The notes: generated by a model from the sequence alone, not told the origin. DNA of 64,000 nt from Candidatus Eiseniibacteriota bacterium (GCA_020847735.1 JADLBL010000021.1:126059-190058), one strand, 5' to 3'; positions 39,013-49,182 are shown, counted from the first letter of the stretch. Program-made: numbers and translations.

Positions 39013-39539
39013 GCGCCGGAGTTCTGGCCGCGCTCGCGACGCACGCCAACCCCCGCGGCCTGGTGCTCGCGCACGAGCGACGGCTCCGGGCGGCCACCGG
39101 GCTCGGGCGGTCGGCGATCGCCAAAGAGGTCTCGCGGCTCGCAGGTGCCGGTGCCGTCCGGGTGCTCTCCCCGCTTCCCTTCCTTGTCTGCAAGCTCCTT
39201 TCGTGGTCTGGTGAGCGCCCTCCCCGGACACGGCATCCGCAGCAATCAGGACCGATGCCGCGATTCGTGCCCATGGATGTACCCGTCAGCAGCGCTGCTG
39301 CAGGGATATATAAATACAGCAAGCAGCAGCTGGATGGGGGTGCGGGGGAAGGGGCGCTGCTGGGCCGCGTCCTGGCCGTGCTCGGCCCGGAGGCCGACCC
39401 GGCGGAGTTCCGCGAGCTCGTCGCGCAGGCCGATCCCGACCTTGTCCGCCGGTGCCTCAGGCGCGTGCAGGCCACGCGGGCGATCCGCGTCTCGCGGGCC
39501 GCGCTCTTCCGCTCGCTCCTCGGCCGGCTCCGCCGCTGA
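39009..39539 (+). CDS. Hypothetical protein (possible wHTH)
   Basis: GTG overlapping upstream stop (GTGA); in same-strand array of coupled genes. Confidence 0.4.
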   Translation: MSAGVLAALATHANPRGLVLAHERRLRAATGLGRSAIAKEVSRLAGAGAVRVLSPLPFLVCKLLSWSGERPPRTRHPQQSGPMPRFVPMDVPVSSAAAGIYKYSKQQLDGGAGEGALLGRVLAVLGPEADPAEFRELVAQADPDLVRRCLRRVQATRAIRVSRAALFRSLLGRLRR

Positions 39540-39551
39540 CTTCCTCACCCC

Positions 39552-40082
39552 ATGCCCACGCCCTCGTCCATCCGGTTCACCCTCGACCGCCGCCTCCTGC
39601 GCCATCCGCGGGCCTACCACCTGCGACGCATGCGCATGGGGATCTGGCTCTACCTCGACCTGCTGGGCCGGCTGCCGGCCGGCGCTGACACGCTCGAGAT
39701 CGAGCCCGCGGCGGTCGCGGGCGAGCTGGGGGTCGAGGAAGGGTTCGTGCGCTCCTGGCTCGGGCACCTGAACAAGGCCGGGTACCTCGACGCCGCCCGG
39801 CTCAATGGAAAGGTCCGCGTCACTGTGAAGCACGCGGCCGTTCCGGAGGAACCTCGGCCGGCGCCCAAGCCCACGCGCTTCTTCACGGCCGCCAAGCTCC
39901 AGCGGGCCCTGGGTGATCCGTCGAACGGGGACGCATTCGAGGCCGCGCTCGGGGAACACGCCGACGCGGCGATCCGCAAAGCGCTCGCCGGTGCGCTGGC
40001 CGTGCCGGAGCACCAAATCCGGCGCTCCCGCACCGCGCTCTTTCTCTATCTGCTCAAGCAACACGCCCATGCCCCACACTGA
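39552..40082 (+). CDS. Hypothetical protein
   Basis: 176-aa ORF; overlaps next gene start by 14 nt. Confidence 0.45.
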   Translation: MPTPSSIRFTLDRRLLRHPRAYHLRRMRMGIWLYLDLLGRLPAGADTLEIEPAAVAGELGVEEGFVRSWLGHLNKAGYLDAARLNGKVRVTVKHAAVPEEPRPAPKPTRFFTAAKLQRALGDPSNGDAFEAALGEHADAAIRKALAGALAVPEHQIRRSRTALFLYLLKQHAHAPH

Positions 40083-40584
40083 CCGCACCATCCTCGCCTT
40101 CGATCCCGGGCTCCGCGAACTCGGATTCGCCGCGATCGCCGGCCGTCGACTCGTCGCCGGCGGGGTCATCGCGCTCCGACTGGTCCCGAAAGCACGGCGA
40201 CTCGCGGAAGCCCGCCAACGCATCGCCGCGCTCGTCGCCGCCCACCGGCCCAGGGTGATCGTGGTCGAGCGGACCTACCGCCACCCCGTGCCGTGGCTCG
40301 ACGATCTCCACCGGTTAACGCTGTCGGCAAGAAGACTGGCGAGGACGCGGCGCATCGCATTCGCCACCTACTCGCCGCAGGCCGTGCGCAAGGACGTGGC
40401 CGGCAACGGCAAGGCGAAGAAGCCCGAGGTCGCGATCGCCGTCGCCCAACGCTTCCCGCAGCTCCGCGTCTACCTCACGCAGGACCGCCGGTGGAAGGAG
40501 CGTTTCTGGCTCAACATGTTCGACGCCGTGGCGCTCGCCCTCCGCCATCAGGCGCAGACACAACCGCCCTCCCGCAGCCGGTGA
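40069..40584 (+). CDS. RuvC-like Holliday-junction resolvase (phage-type), paralog 1
   Basis: N-terminal ILAFDPG...GFA motif typical of RuvC catalytic Asp site; about 171 aa. Confidence 0.6.
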   Translation: MPHTDRTILAFDPGLRELGFAAIAGRRLVAGGVIALRLVPKARRLAEARQRIAALVAAHRPRVIVVERTYRHPVPWLDDLHRLTLSARRLARTRRIAFATYSPQAVRKDVAGNGKAKKPEVAIAVAQRFPQLRVYLTQDRRWKERFWLNMFDAVALALRHQAQTQPPSRSR

Positions 40585-40702
40585 TCCGGCTGGCAACTGG
40601 CGCGTCAGGCTTGCCCCGGCGCCACCGCTCCCGGCCGTCGTTCCCGAGCAAGGGGAGACGGCGGGCGGCCCTCGGGAGGGCCTTCGATTCCCTCACCCGT
40701 CA

Positions 40703-41221
40703 ATGCACACGAATCCGCCCACCATCCTTGGCCTCGATCCCGGTACGCGCTTCCTCGGCGCGGCCGTGCTGCGTGGCCGAGAGCTGCTCGCCTACGGCGT
40801 CCACGAGCTCAAGAACGGCGAGCGGCCGTACGACGTCATCGGCCAGGCACGTCGCGTGGTCTTCCGCTACATCGAGCGGCACGCGCCGCAGGTCGTGGCC
40901 ATCGAGGCGCCGTACTTGATCGCGACCGAACGCGGCGCGGTACTCACGACGCTGGCGCGCGAGCTCCACGAGAGGGCGAAGGAACTCGGGCTCGAGGTGG
41001 GGGAGCGCACACCCGAGCAGGTGCGCGCGGCGGTCACGGGCAACCCTAGGGCGACCAAGTACGAGGTGGCGCAGAGGCTCGTGGCGAGCGGGTTCGGCGA
41101 ACTAGCTGCACTCGCGCCGCAGAGGCCCAAGACGCCGGCGCTCTGGCTCACGGCCAAAGAGCGGTACTGGCTCCACGCGTTCGATGCCTTGGCGCTTGCC
41201 ACCACCGGTTCGGCCCCGTAG
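40703..41221 (+). CDS. RuvC-like Holliday-junction resolvase (phage-type), paralog 2
   Basis: N-terminal ILGLDPGTRFLGAAV; IEAPY second acidic motif; about 172 aa; tandem with paralog 1. Confidence 0.6.
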   Translation: MHTNPPTILGLDPGTRFLGAAVLRGRELLAYGVHELKNGERPYDVIGQARRVVFRYIERHAPQVVAIEAPYLIATERGAVLTTLARELHERAKELGLEVGERTPEQVRAAVTGNPRATKYEVAQRLVASGFGELAALAPQRPKTPALWLTAKERYWLHAFDALALATTGSAP

Positions 41222-41253
41222 CCTCGCTCGATCCGCCGACATAGGAGGCCAGA

Positions 41254-42174
41254 GTGCCCGCCCGCCGCCACGTCTTCCTTACGGAACAACAGCGCGCCAG
41301 TTTCGAGGCCCTAAGTCGGGCCTGGGGCGGCTCGCACCGGATCTTCTATAACCTGCCATTCGAGGCCGTGTTCGATCTTGGTCTCGTGGCAGACGCGAAC
41401 TTCCGAACCGCCCTCACGTCCTCCAGCATTCCCTACACGCTCTGCGAGCGCGACGGCGCGCCGCGGCTGTGCGTCGAGTTCGACGAACTCGGTGAGGGCA
41501 TCAGTATCGGCGACTCGTATGAGTCCACGCTGCCCACATCGGCGCAGCACGGACGGCTGATTCGACTCAAGTTGGCCGTCGCGCGTGCGAACGGCTTCCC
41601 GTACGTCGTCGTCTCCTCGATGTACTTCAATGCGCTCTCCGAGCAGACCGAGAGCTCGATCCTCGACGGCATCATCGGGGAGGTCCTCGGGGGCCAAGTG
41701 GTACGGGAGCGGGTGGCTTCCTTCAGCCCGGCGGAACTCAACCTGTCCCCGGAAGAATTCGAATCCCTGGCCGATGCGGAGCGGGCAGAACTCGTGCAGG
41801 ACTGGGTGACCGGCCTCGAGGTTGAAGCCGAGCTGGCATTGAATCCGATTCATCGCCGCACCTCCGAACTCGCCGCCCGCGCCGGCCATCCGCCGCATGC
41901 GCGCATGGGCCTCACTCGACCCGAGCCTCCACCGGGTGCATCGTTCGAAGAGCGCCTCGAGGCGCTCCAGCACGCGACCCACGAAGGCGGTCGGGTGTGG
42001 GTGGGGGATGGTCCGGACGGGCGCGTCGAATGCGACGTGTGGCTTTCGCGCTTCGACCTCCCGGGGTACTCGGGGCTCGCGATCGCTCAGGAGATCGCAT
42101 ACCTCTGTGCCCTCGAGCTGTTCATCACTCGAGAGCCACAGGCGCCAACTCGGCCGCACGGCGATGACGATTGA
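41254..42174 (+). CDS. Hypothetical protein (possible nuclease-fold)
   Basis: 306-aa ORF; no secure motif. Confidence 0.45.
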   Translation: MPARRHVFLTEQQRASFEALSRAWGGSHRIFYNLPFEAVFDLGLVADANFRTALTSSSIPYTLCERDGAPRLCVEFDELGEGISIGDSYESTLPTSAQHGRLIRLKLAVARANGFPYVVVSSMYFNALSEQTESSILDGIIGEVLGGQVVRERVASFSPAELNLSPEEFESLADAERAELVQDWVTGLEVEAELALNPIHRRTSELAARAGHPPHARMGLTRPEPPPGASFEERLEALQHATHEGGRVWVGDGPDGRVECDVWLSRFDLPGYSGLAIAQEIAYLCALELFITREPQAPTRPHGDDD

Positions 42175-42913
42175 CTCAAGTTCGACGCGTACGGCGGGCG
42201 AGCCGGGCATCCTGGACTTCGGCCCCGTCGTCCTGATCTTCACTCGGGACGAGAAGGTGATCGTCCAGGTCAAAGGGGAGTCGAAACACCTGACGATTCA
42301 CCTTGGTGGGCGTTCGGGCGTGCTCGACGCGCACCTGACCGACGGTGGCGAGCACCCTTCCCACCGGACGCTTGGTGGGCTGCGCCTCACGGATCTTGGC
42401 GCAGCGCTCGAGCAGGCGCAGCCGACGCTGGAAAGAATCCTCGAACGATTGATACGCCGCACCATCCGGCGGGTGCGGTTCGGGTGGCTGCGCCATCAGG
42501 GACTGCTCGCCTTTCGAACCTGGCCGAGCGGACCGGAGGGCTTGTACGAGCTTGGGCATCGACGCGGTCGGCGATGGCGCGTGGATCTCGATCTCGTGTC
42601 CCGACACTTCGCCGGGCCGCTCACGCGGCTCGAGGTCGAGGCATCGACGACCGTGGCGTACTTTCTCATCAGGCGGGGAGCAGTGTCGGACCTGCCTTAC
42701 GGCATCCTGTTTAAGCTGCCATTCCCGGATGGATCCGTACACTACTGCTGGGTGAAGACGAGCCGGATGCTCGCGGAGATTGAGAAGCTCTGGATCGGGT
42801 ACCGGCCCCTCGTCGAGAAGTACTTGCTCACGCCGGATGAGGTCCTGTCTGCAATCGACGCGACGCGTGTCGCGCAGCCGGATGACACACGCACGACTGC
42901 TAGCCGCGGATGA
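42164..42913 (+). CDS. Hypothetical protein
   Basis: In-frame ATG (MTIDSS) 11 nt before upstream stop; 249 aa. Confidence 0.45.
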   Translation: MTIDSSSTRTAGEPGILDFGPVVLIFTRDEKVIVQVKGESKHLTIHLGGRSGVLDAHLTDGGEHPSHRTLGGLRLTDLGAALEQAQPTLERILERLIRRTIRRVRFGWLRHQGLLAFRTWPSGPEGLYELGHRRGRRWRVDLDLVSRHFAGPLTRLEVEASTTVAYFLIRRGAVSDLPYGILFKLPFPDGSVHYCWVKTSRMLAEIEKLWIGYRPLVEKYLLTPDEVLSAIDATRVAQPDDTRTTASRG

Positions 42914-44132
42914 CCTTCTTCGCGAAGCTCACGACGAAGAGGCTCGAGAGCAGGATGCCGAGCAGGGCTTCGCAGCCCGCGAGGTACTCTCCAGCGGCGC
43001 CCGTGGGATAGCGGTTGCCGTAGCCGAGAGTAGCGAAGGTGATCAGGCTCAGCGAGAGCCCGTCGAGGAAAGGGCGCAGCGTCAACGGCCAGGTCAGCAC
43101 CGTCCGCGTCGCATCCGGGTTCCTGATCCCGGCCAGCGGGAAGACGACGAGGCCCCAGACGAGGATGACCCCGAGCGCCCATCGAAACGTCCACGTCGGG
43201 CGCTCCCCGTACCCGCAGAGCGACTTGAAGAAGATGGTCCAGACCAGCCGCCGGCGCCAGGAAAGCTGGCGGCGGATGCTCTCCATCTCGCGATAGAAGA
43301 ACTCCCCTGCCGCGTGGTAGTCGCCGGCGTCCTGCCGGTGCTGCTTCAGGCCGCGGTACGCCGTCTCGGCATTCGAGTGCAACCCCTTGCGTTCGGTCGC
43401 GAGGATGTGGTCCCGCCCCCAATCGACGCCATCCAGCCGCGTGCCGTTGTCGAGCTCCGCGTCCCAGAACTCCGCGCCGGCCAGCACGGATCCCTCGAAG
43501 TCGCAGCCGAACAGGTGGGCGCCCATGAGGTCGGCCCCCGACAGGTCGGTGGCCGCGCAGAAGGCCGCCTCGAGGTGGGCCGATCGCAGGCTTGCGCCCC
43601 TGAGGATCGTGCCCTGCAGGTACGCGCCTGGAAGGTAGGCGACGTCGAGCACGGCCCCGGAGAGATCGAGCGGACCGTGGGGCCCGTCGAGGTGCGTGCC
43701 GGGCCCGCCGCCGCTCAGGAATGCGCCGCCCAAGTAGACGCCCTGCTTCACGGCCGCTTCGAGGCGTGCCTTCAGGTCCAGGTCGCCGGCCTTGTCGGGG
43801 TCGCTCCTGTGCCAGTAGCAGAGCCTGTCGCCGGCTCGATCCTGAGGCAATCCGCACTTCCGGCCCCGGGGCAGCAGGAGTCGAACCTGACCACTCGGTT
43901 CCGCCCGGTTGATCTGCACGTCGACCAGGAAGACGTATTCGCAACGCCTCCCGTCCGGCCCGTGGTTCACGAACTCCGGCCCAGCGTCGGGCACGCCCGT
44001 GGGAGCGCGCCGATCAGGCACCTGCTGGGTGTTGCGTGCGCGACGCTTCACTCGCTGCTCCCTGAGATGGCCTGGCGCGATTCGTCCACAGGCTGGTGCG
44101 TGGAGGCGCGCGTCAGCCCCCCTACAAGACAC
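42900..44132 (-). CDS. Pentapeptide-repeat protein fused to a two-TM potassium-channel pore domain
   Basis: Long run of pentapeptide repeats (A[DN]LSGA.L-like); C-terminal TM-pore-TM with selectivity filter TLGYG; start uncertain. Confidence 0.55.
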   Translation of the reverse strand: MSCRGADARLHAPACGRIAPGHLREQRVKRRARNTQQVPDRRAPTGVPDAGPEFVNHGPDGRRCEYVFLVDVQINRAEPSGQVRLLLPRGRKCGLPQDRAGDRLCYWHRSDPDKAGDLDLKARLEAAVKQGVYLGGAFLSGGGPGTHLDGPHGPLDLSGAVLDVAYLPGAYLQGTILRGASLRSAHLEAAFCAATDLSGADLMGAHLFGCDFEGSVLAGAEFWDAELDNGTRLDGVDWGRDHILATERKGLHSNAETAYRGLKQHRQDAGDYHAAGEFFYREMESIRRQLSWRRRLVWTIFFKSLCGYGERPTWTFRWALGVILVWGLVVFPLAGIRNPDATRTVLTWPLTLRPFLDGLSLSLITFATLGYGNRYPTGAAGEYLAGCEALLGILLSSLFVVSFAKKVIRG

Positions 44133-44210
44133 CTCGGTGGCGAATTAGACTGCCAACCGCGACTCTGGATTGTTGCCGCACCACCCGCCCCCTGACAAGG
44201 AGGCCTTCCC

Positions 44211-44912
44211 ATGAAGGCCCAACCGCCACCTCCCCGTAACGGGGACCCCGCCGAAGCCCGCGAAGGCGTCGCCTACGCGGAACTCCTCAAGATGGCCCAC
44301 GAGGAGGGCCTGAAGTCCATCGCCACCGAACTGCTCCTGCAGCCCTCGGAGGACAACGGCCGCCAGTGCATCGTCAAGGCGACCGTCGAGACCGAGCGCG
44401 GGCGCTACGAGGGCCTCGGCGACGCCGACCCCGGCAACGTCGAGGACTTCCTCGTCCCGCACCTGATCCGCGTGGCCGAGACCCGGGCAAAGGCCCGCGC
44501 CCTCCGCGACGCCGTCAACGTCGGCGTCATCTCCCTCGAGGAGCTGGACGGCGTCCGCCTGGACCGAGGCTCGAACCCCGGACCGGGTGCCTCGCCGCCC
44601 CGGCCTCCGCGCCACACCCGCACGGCCCCGCCGGCTGCGCGCCCGCGCAGCAGTGCTCCCGCCCGCCCCGCGTCCGCGGGCAACGGCGACGAGCGCATGA
44701 GCGAGGCCCAGCGCCGGTACCTGTTCCGCATCCTCGCGGGGCAGGGCTACCAGCGCGAGGCCGCCGAGGAGCGCCTCCGGGAGCTCTTCGAGGTCGACGC
44801 CCTGACCGGGATCACCAAGGTCGCGGCGACGCAGATGATCGATCGGCTGCTGAACCCCGTCCCCGCCAGAGCGGGAGGCGGGAATGGAGCCGACGCGCGT
44901 CCTCAGCGTTAG
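44211..44912 (+). CDS. Hypothetical protein
   Basis: AAGGAGG RBS before ATG; Pro/Arg-rich linker between two small domains. Confidence 0.5.
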   Translation: MKAQPPPPRNGDPAEAREGVAYAELLKMAHEEGLKSIATELLLQPSEDNGRQCIVKATVETERGRYEGLGDADPGNVEDFLVPHLIRVAETRAKARALRDAVNVGVISLEELDGVRLDRGSNPGPGASPPRPPRHTRTAPPAARPRSSAPARPASAGNGDERMSEAQRRYLFRILAGQGYQREAAEERLRELFEVDALTGITKVAATQMIDRLLNPVPARAGGGNGADARPQR

Positions 44913-45726
44913 CCAGGTCAACGCCTACCTCGGCTGTCCCCTCAAGTACCGCTTCCAGTACGTGGAGAAGATCCCGAGACCGTGGCGCGTCGCCGCCATG
45001 GCCTTCGGCACGTCGGTCCACGCCGCCGTCGAGTGGTTCCACAAGGAACGGCTCGCCGGACGAAGCCCTGAGCTGACGCAAGTCGTCCAGGTCTTCGACG
45101 CCGACTGGTACGCGCAGAACACGGAGCCGCTCGTCTTCTCCGAGCGCGAGTCCCGCGAGGGTCTCGCCGAGAAGGGACGGGCCATGCTCCAGCTCTACGT
45201 GGAATCCACGAATGGCGTGAAGCCGATCGCGGTCGAGCAGGGCTGGGAACTGGACCTCGCCGATCCCGAGACCGGGGAACTCCTCGACGTCCGCTTGCGC
45301 GGCATCATCGACCTCATCGAGGAAGGTGACGTTCTCGTGGACCTCAAGACCGCCGGCCGGACACTCGAGTCCGGCGGCCTGGAGCGCCACCTGCAGCTGT
45401 CCACCTACGCCCTCGCGTTCCTGCTCCTTCACGAGCGGATGCCGAAGCTCCGGCTGGACATGCTGCTCAAGACCGCCAAGCCCCGACTCGAGCGGCACGA
45501 GACCACCCGCTCGCTCGAGGATCTGTCCTGGACCGCCCGGCTCATCCGCGAGGTCTCGCTCGCCATCGAGACCGAACACTACTTCCCCAACCCGTCCTGG
45601 CGCTGCACCGAGTGCGAGTACTTCGCCCACTGCCAGCAGTGGCGCGGTACCTGGCCGCTGCCCCAGGACGACGAAATCATCGTCATCGAAGACGGGGAAG
45701 GTGTCGGCGAGATCGCTGGCGCGTAA
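44884..45726 (+). CDS. PD-(D/E)XK nuclease superfamily protein (Cas4/RecB-like, C-terminal Cys cluster)
   Basis: IIDLIEEGDVLVDLKT (D...ExK) core; C-terminal CTECEYFAHC cysteine cluster typical of Cas4/AddB-type nucleases. Confidence 0.65.
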   Translation: MEPTRVLSVSQVNAYLGCPLKYRFQYVEKIPRPWRVAAMAFGTSVHAAVEWFHKERLAGRSPELTQVVQVFDADWYAQNTEPLVFSERESREGLAEKGRAMLQLYVESTNGVKPIAVEQGWELDLADPETGELLDVRLRGIIDLIEEGDVLVDLKTAGRTLESGGLERHLQLSTYALAFLLLHERMPKLRLDMLLKTAKPRLERHETTRSLEDLSWTARLIREVSLAIETEHYFPNPSWRCTECEYFAHCQQWRGTWPLPQDDEIIVIEDGEGVGEIAGA

Positions 45727-45901
45727 GGCCCGAAGGGGTCGTCGCGTGCTATCGGGGGCCACGGACGGCCGTTGATCGGCCGAAGCGTCCGCGACTCGTC
45801 GCACCTTCCCTTAGTCCCACGTTCGTTTCATTCCACCCGGGGCTCCGTCGCGTCTCTGCTGCGGGGCCCTTCTTCATTCCCGCCCCTGCTGGAGAAGCCC
45901 G

Positions 45902-46321
45902 GTGTACGTCCGTGAACTCACCCGCCGCCGCTATCGGGGGAGGAAGCCCGTCCCGATCCGCGGCCCGGAGGATGTCGTCAGGCTGCTGCCGCGCCTCAAG
46001 CGGCTCGAGCGAGAGCACTTCCTGGTCGTGCTCCTGAACGCCCGCCACGAGGTGGACGCCGTCGAGACGGTCAGCGTCGGATCGCTGAATGCCTCGATCG
46101 TTCACCCGCGCGAGGTGTTCAAGCCGGCCGTGCTGGCCTCGGCCGCCTCAGTGGTGCTCGTGCACAACCACCCCTCGGGCGATCCCGAACCGTCCGAGGA
46201 GGACCTCTCGATCACCAAGCGCCTCGTCGAAGCCGGGGAACTCCTCGGCATCGGCGTCCTCGATCACGTCATCGTCGCTGCTCGCGGTGTCGTCTCGTTC
46301 CGCTCGCGCCAGCTGCTCTGA
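45902..46321 (+). CDS. radC: RadC-like JAB/MPN domain protein
   Basis: HNHPSGDPEPSEED JAMM-like motif diagnostic of RadC family. Confidence 0.8.
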   Translation: MYVRELTRRRYRGRKPVPIRGPEDVVRLLPRLKRLEREHFLVVLLNARHEVDAVETVSVGSLNASIVHPREVFKPAVLASAASVVLVHNHPSGDPEPSEEDLSITKRLVEAGELLGIGVLDHVIVAARGVVSFRSRQLL

Positions 46322-46333
46322 AGGAGGTGCCCC

Positions 46334-46747
46334 ATGGGCTACACCGTCGAACTCGAGGACGCGGACCTGCGGTGCCGCAGCCGCGAGGCCGCCGAGGCCG
46401 CGGCGGAGATCGTCAATGCCGATCCGTGGGCGAGTCCCTACCACCTGCAGGTCTCGCCCGTCTGCCGAAGCAACCCACCAAAGGACGCCAACTGGTCGCT
46501 GGAGGTCTCGCACTTCCAGGGTGACCACTGGCACGACGACGAGGCCCGCCGACTGTGGGTGGCACTCGCTGCCTCCCTGGCCGACGGCGCGACGATCGAG
46601 TTCCAGGGCGAGGGCTTCGAGCGCTGGCGGATCCGCTGGGAAGGAGGCCGCGTCTTCGAGGAATACGTCACCGAGATCGTCTGGGCCGTGGCCAGCGAGC
46701 TCACGTCCACGCCCGTTCCACCGGCCCCCGCGAAAGCCGCACCCTGA
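46334..46747 (+). CDS. Hypothetical protein
   Basis: GAAGGAGG RBS; 137 aa. Confidence 0.5.
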   Translation: MGYTVELEDADLRCRSREAAEAAAEIVNADPWASPYHLQVSPVCRSNPPKDANWSLEVSHFQGDHWHDDEARRLWVALAASLADGATIEFQGEGFERWRIRWEGGRVFEEYVTEIVWAVASELTSTPVPPAPAKAAP

Positions 46748-46758
46748 AGGAGGAAGTC

Positions 46759-47487
46759 ATGTCCAGCTCACTCACCGTTCACCGCGGCGGCTGGGCCGCC
46801 ACCCGGGGCGATCTCGCCTCGGTCGAGGTCCCCGAGCCCACCGAGTCCTACGTCCCGGTGCCCTACGGGCGTCTCGTCGAAGAGGTCCACCTGCACCTGC
46901 CGCGCATCGGGCTCGCGGTCGTGGACGAGCGCTACGCGCTCGCTCGCCACGGGAACCAGATGTTCGGAGTGCTCACCTGCCGTAACGGGAACGCGAGCGA
47001 CTGGGGCCTGGCCGTGGGGCTCCGGTCCAGCTACGACCGCTCGCTCAGCGTTCAGCTCGTGGCCGGCTCCAGGGTCTTCGTCTGCGACAACCTGGCCTTC
47101 CACGGCGAGACCAAAGTGTCCCGCAAGCACACCGCGAACGTCTTCCGCGACCTGCCGAGCCTCATCTACGACATGCTCACGTCGGTGTCGGCGATGAAGG
47201 AGAACCTGGCGGCGGAGATCGAGCAGATGAAGCGGCGGACGCTGACGGTGGCGCTCTCGCACCACCTGATGGTCCTGGCGCTGCGCAGCGGCGCCCTGCC
47301 GGCCTCGCAGCTTCCCAAGGTCATCGAGAACTTCGACGACCTCGACAACCCCGAGTTCGAACCGCGCAGCGCCTGGGCGCTCTTCAACGCCTTCACCGCC
47401 ACCATCGCCAGCCGCCACCCGCGGCAGCAGATGGAGGGGACGCTGAGGCTCACGAAAGCGTTCCGCGAGGGGCTCTCGCTCAACTAG
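46759..47487 (+). CDS. DUF932-family protein (ICE/phage-associated)
   Basis: FVCDNLAF motif typical of DUF932; GAAGGAGG RBS; ATG 46759. Confidence 0.6.
   Translation: MSSSLTVHRGGWAATRGDLASVEVPEPTESYVPVPYGRLVEEVHLHLPRIGLAVVDERYALARHGNQMFGVLTCRNGNASDWGLAVGLRSSYDRSLSVQLVAGSRVFVCDNLAFHGETKVSRKHTANVFRDLPSLIYDMLTSVSAMKENLAAEIEQMKRRTLTVALSHHLMVLALRSGALPASQLPKVIENFDDLDNPEFEPRSAWALFNAFTATIASRHPRQQMEGTLRLTKAFREGLSLN
47347..47487 (+). repeat. Direct repeat copy 1 (3' end of DUF932 gene)
   Basis: About 141 bp with roughly 80% identity to 49470-49610; last 43 bp identical. Confidence 0.7.
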
Positions 47488-47610
47488 TTCGTTTCACCGG
47501 GGCCGTCCAGCGATGGATGGCCCCGCTTGCTGCCGTCCTTCGTCCGGTTCGCCGACAAGCAAGTGCATGCCAACCCAACTTGTTCCGAACAGGACACCAG
47601 CCCGCTCGCC

Positions 47611-49182
47611 CTAAAGCGCACGCTGTTCCGCCAAGGCGATCAGGGCTTGTACCAATCCGACGGTCGCCGACGCCAGCGTGACCAACGTCAAGAGAAAGGC
47701 AATCTGCTTCTCGCGGCGCACATACCAGGGCGAGAGCTTCGAACTGAGTTTGTCGAGGATCTCGACCGCCTTCATGAGTGCATCTTGGCGCTCGCCTGAA
47801 CTCGTCGAGTGCCTATACTCCGTGACCATTGCCGCCATGCTTAGGGTCAGGATCCTCTCGTCTGCCCTTTCGCACTGTGCCAGCAGCGAACGAATTTCAA
47901 TCGCGATCGAGTCAGACAGGCTCGTCACATTGCGGGTTCTCGACAGTAGCGCAGTCGCGACTTGTTGATTCTCTGAACGCTTGCGAGCGATCCAACCTCG
48001 GAACACGGCGATGCTGGCAACCCCAGCACCCGCGAGGAGCATCGGAGGAATCACGCCTCGCGCAACTCGTTGGAGATTGGTACGGGGAGTGACCCACGCG
48101 ATGAAGACGAATGCGAGCATCAGAATCGGCAGCGACACTAGAACCAGCGGCATCCGCCCTAAGCGGTCGGAAAACGACTTCGAGAAGCTGCCGCGATGGG
48201 GAGCGGCAAGTACGAGCGTCCTGTCCAAGCCAACAGTCTCTGGCTTCGCCGGGACCTCAGGCAGATCTCGCCGCGCAGCAGCGGGTGCCGAGGCAGATGG
48301 TGCAGTTGCTGGCGCGAACGCCATTGGCGGATCGAACCACTGAGCTACGGGGAGAGCCTCGATCATGTCCAGCAAGGCTGAACCGTCGTGGGGTCGCTTC
48401 GCCGGATCCTTCTGCAAGCATCTTCGGATGAGCTCATGCCAGGCCTCAGGCAAACCCTCCCGTGCTAACTTGGGTGGTGGCGAGTTGAGGATCTTGGCTA
48501 CGACCTCGGCGTAGGTATCGCCGACATAGGGCCGGACGCCACCGAGAACCTCAAAGAGTACCAGGCCGAAGGCGTAGACATCTGCGGCAGGACCCTGTGC
48601 TTCGCCGAGAAGTTGCTCGGGAGACATGTAGGCCGGGGTCCCAAAGACTTGGCCGGTGACCGTGAGTGAGGTCTCGCGCTGCAACCGGCCGGCGATTCCG
48701 AAGTCCGCGAGCTTAGCCTCTGTGAAGGCGGAGGTGCCGTCACGCCTTGGAACGAGGACGTTGCCGGGCTTGATGTCCCGGTGCACGAACCCAGCGGCGT
48801 GGACCTCACGAATCGCGAATGCCATGGATCGCGCGAGACGAGCTGCCGCCTCGATCGGCAGCGGCCCGCTCGCGGCCAGGAGCCGCTGCAGAGAGGAGCC
48901 GTCCACCCATTCAAGAGCCACGTAGGGGGCTCCCTCACTCTCACCGACGTGGACGACGCCTACGACGTGGGGGGAGTGGATTCGCGCAAACGCTTGGTAA
49001 GTGTCCATCACGACCTTCGCGAACGACGAATCCCAAGCTGTTTCCACAAGCGGCCGGTAGTCCTTCAGGGCGACAGTCTGGTCGACGTGCAGGTCGTACG
49101 CCTCGTAGACCGAAGAGTGCGCCCCGAGTCGGACGCTCCGCGTGATCAAGAACCGCTTGTCAACCGTCGAGCCCGGCTGCAT
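47611..49182 (-). CDS. Membrane-anchored Ser/Thr protein kinase
   Basis: Kinase subdomains: LGAHSSVY glycine loop, VALK, HRDIKPGNVL, DFG, TPAYMSPE; C-terminal TM helices; start at MQPGSTVDKRF (49182). Confidence 0.8.
   Translation of the reverse strand: MQPGSTVDKRFLITRSVRLGAHSSVYEAYDLHVDQTVALKDYRPLVETAWDSSFAKVVMDTYQAFARIHSPHVVGVVHVGESEGAPYVALEWVDGSSLQRLLAASGPLPIEAAARLARSMAFAIREVHAAGFVHRDIKPGNVLVPRRDGTSAFTEAKLADFGIAGRLQRETSLTVTGQVFGTPAYMSPEQLLGEAQGPAADVYAFGLVLFEVLGGVRPYVGDTYAEVVAKILNSPPPKLAREGLPEAWHELIRRCLQKDPAKRPHDGSALLDMIEALPVAQWFDPPMAFAPATAPSASAPAAARRDLPEVPAKPETVGLDRTLVLAAPHRGSFSKSFSDRLGRMPLVLVSLPILMLAFVFIAWVTPRTNLQRVARGVIPPMLLAGAGVASIAVFRGWIARKRSENQQVATALLSRTRNVTSLSDSIAIEIRSLLAQCERADERILTLSMAAMVTEYRHSTSSGERQDALMKAVEILDKLSSKLSPWYVRREKQIAFLLTLVTLASATVGLVQALIALAEQRAL

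Larger units (their letters stand above)
34600..47500. mobile_element. Phage/ICE-like accessory block (XRE regulator, tandem RuvC-like, Cas4-like nuclease, RadC, DUF932)
   Basis: Gene content typical of prophage early regions and ICE termini; many overlapping same-strand starts; boundaries not defined. Confidence 0.3.
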
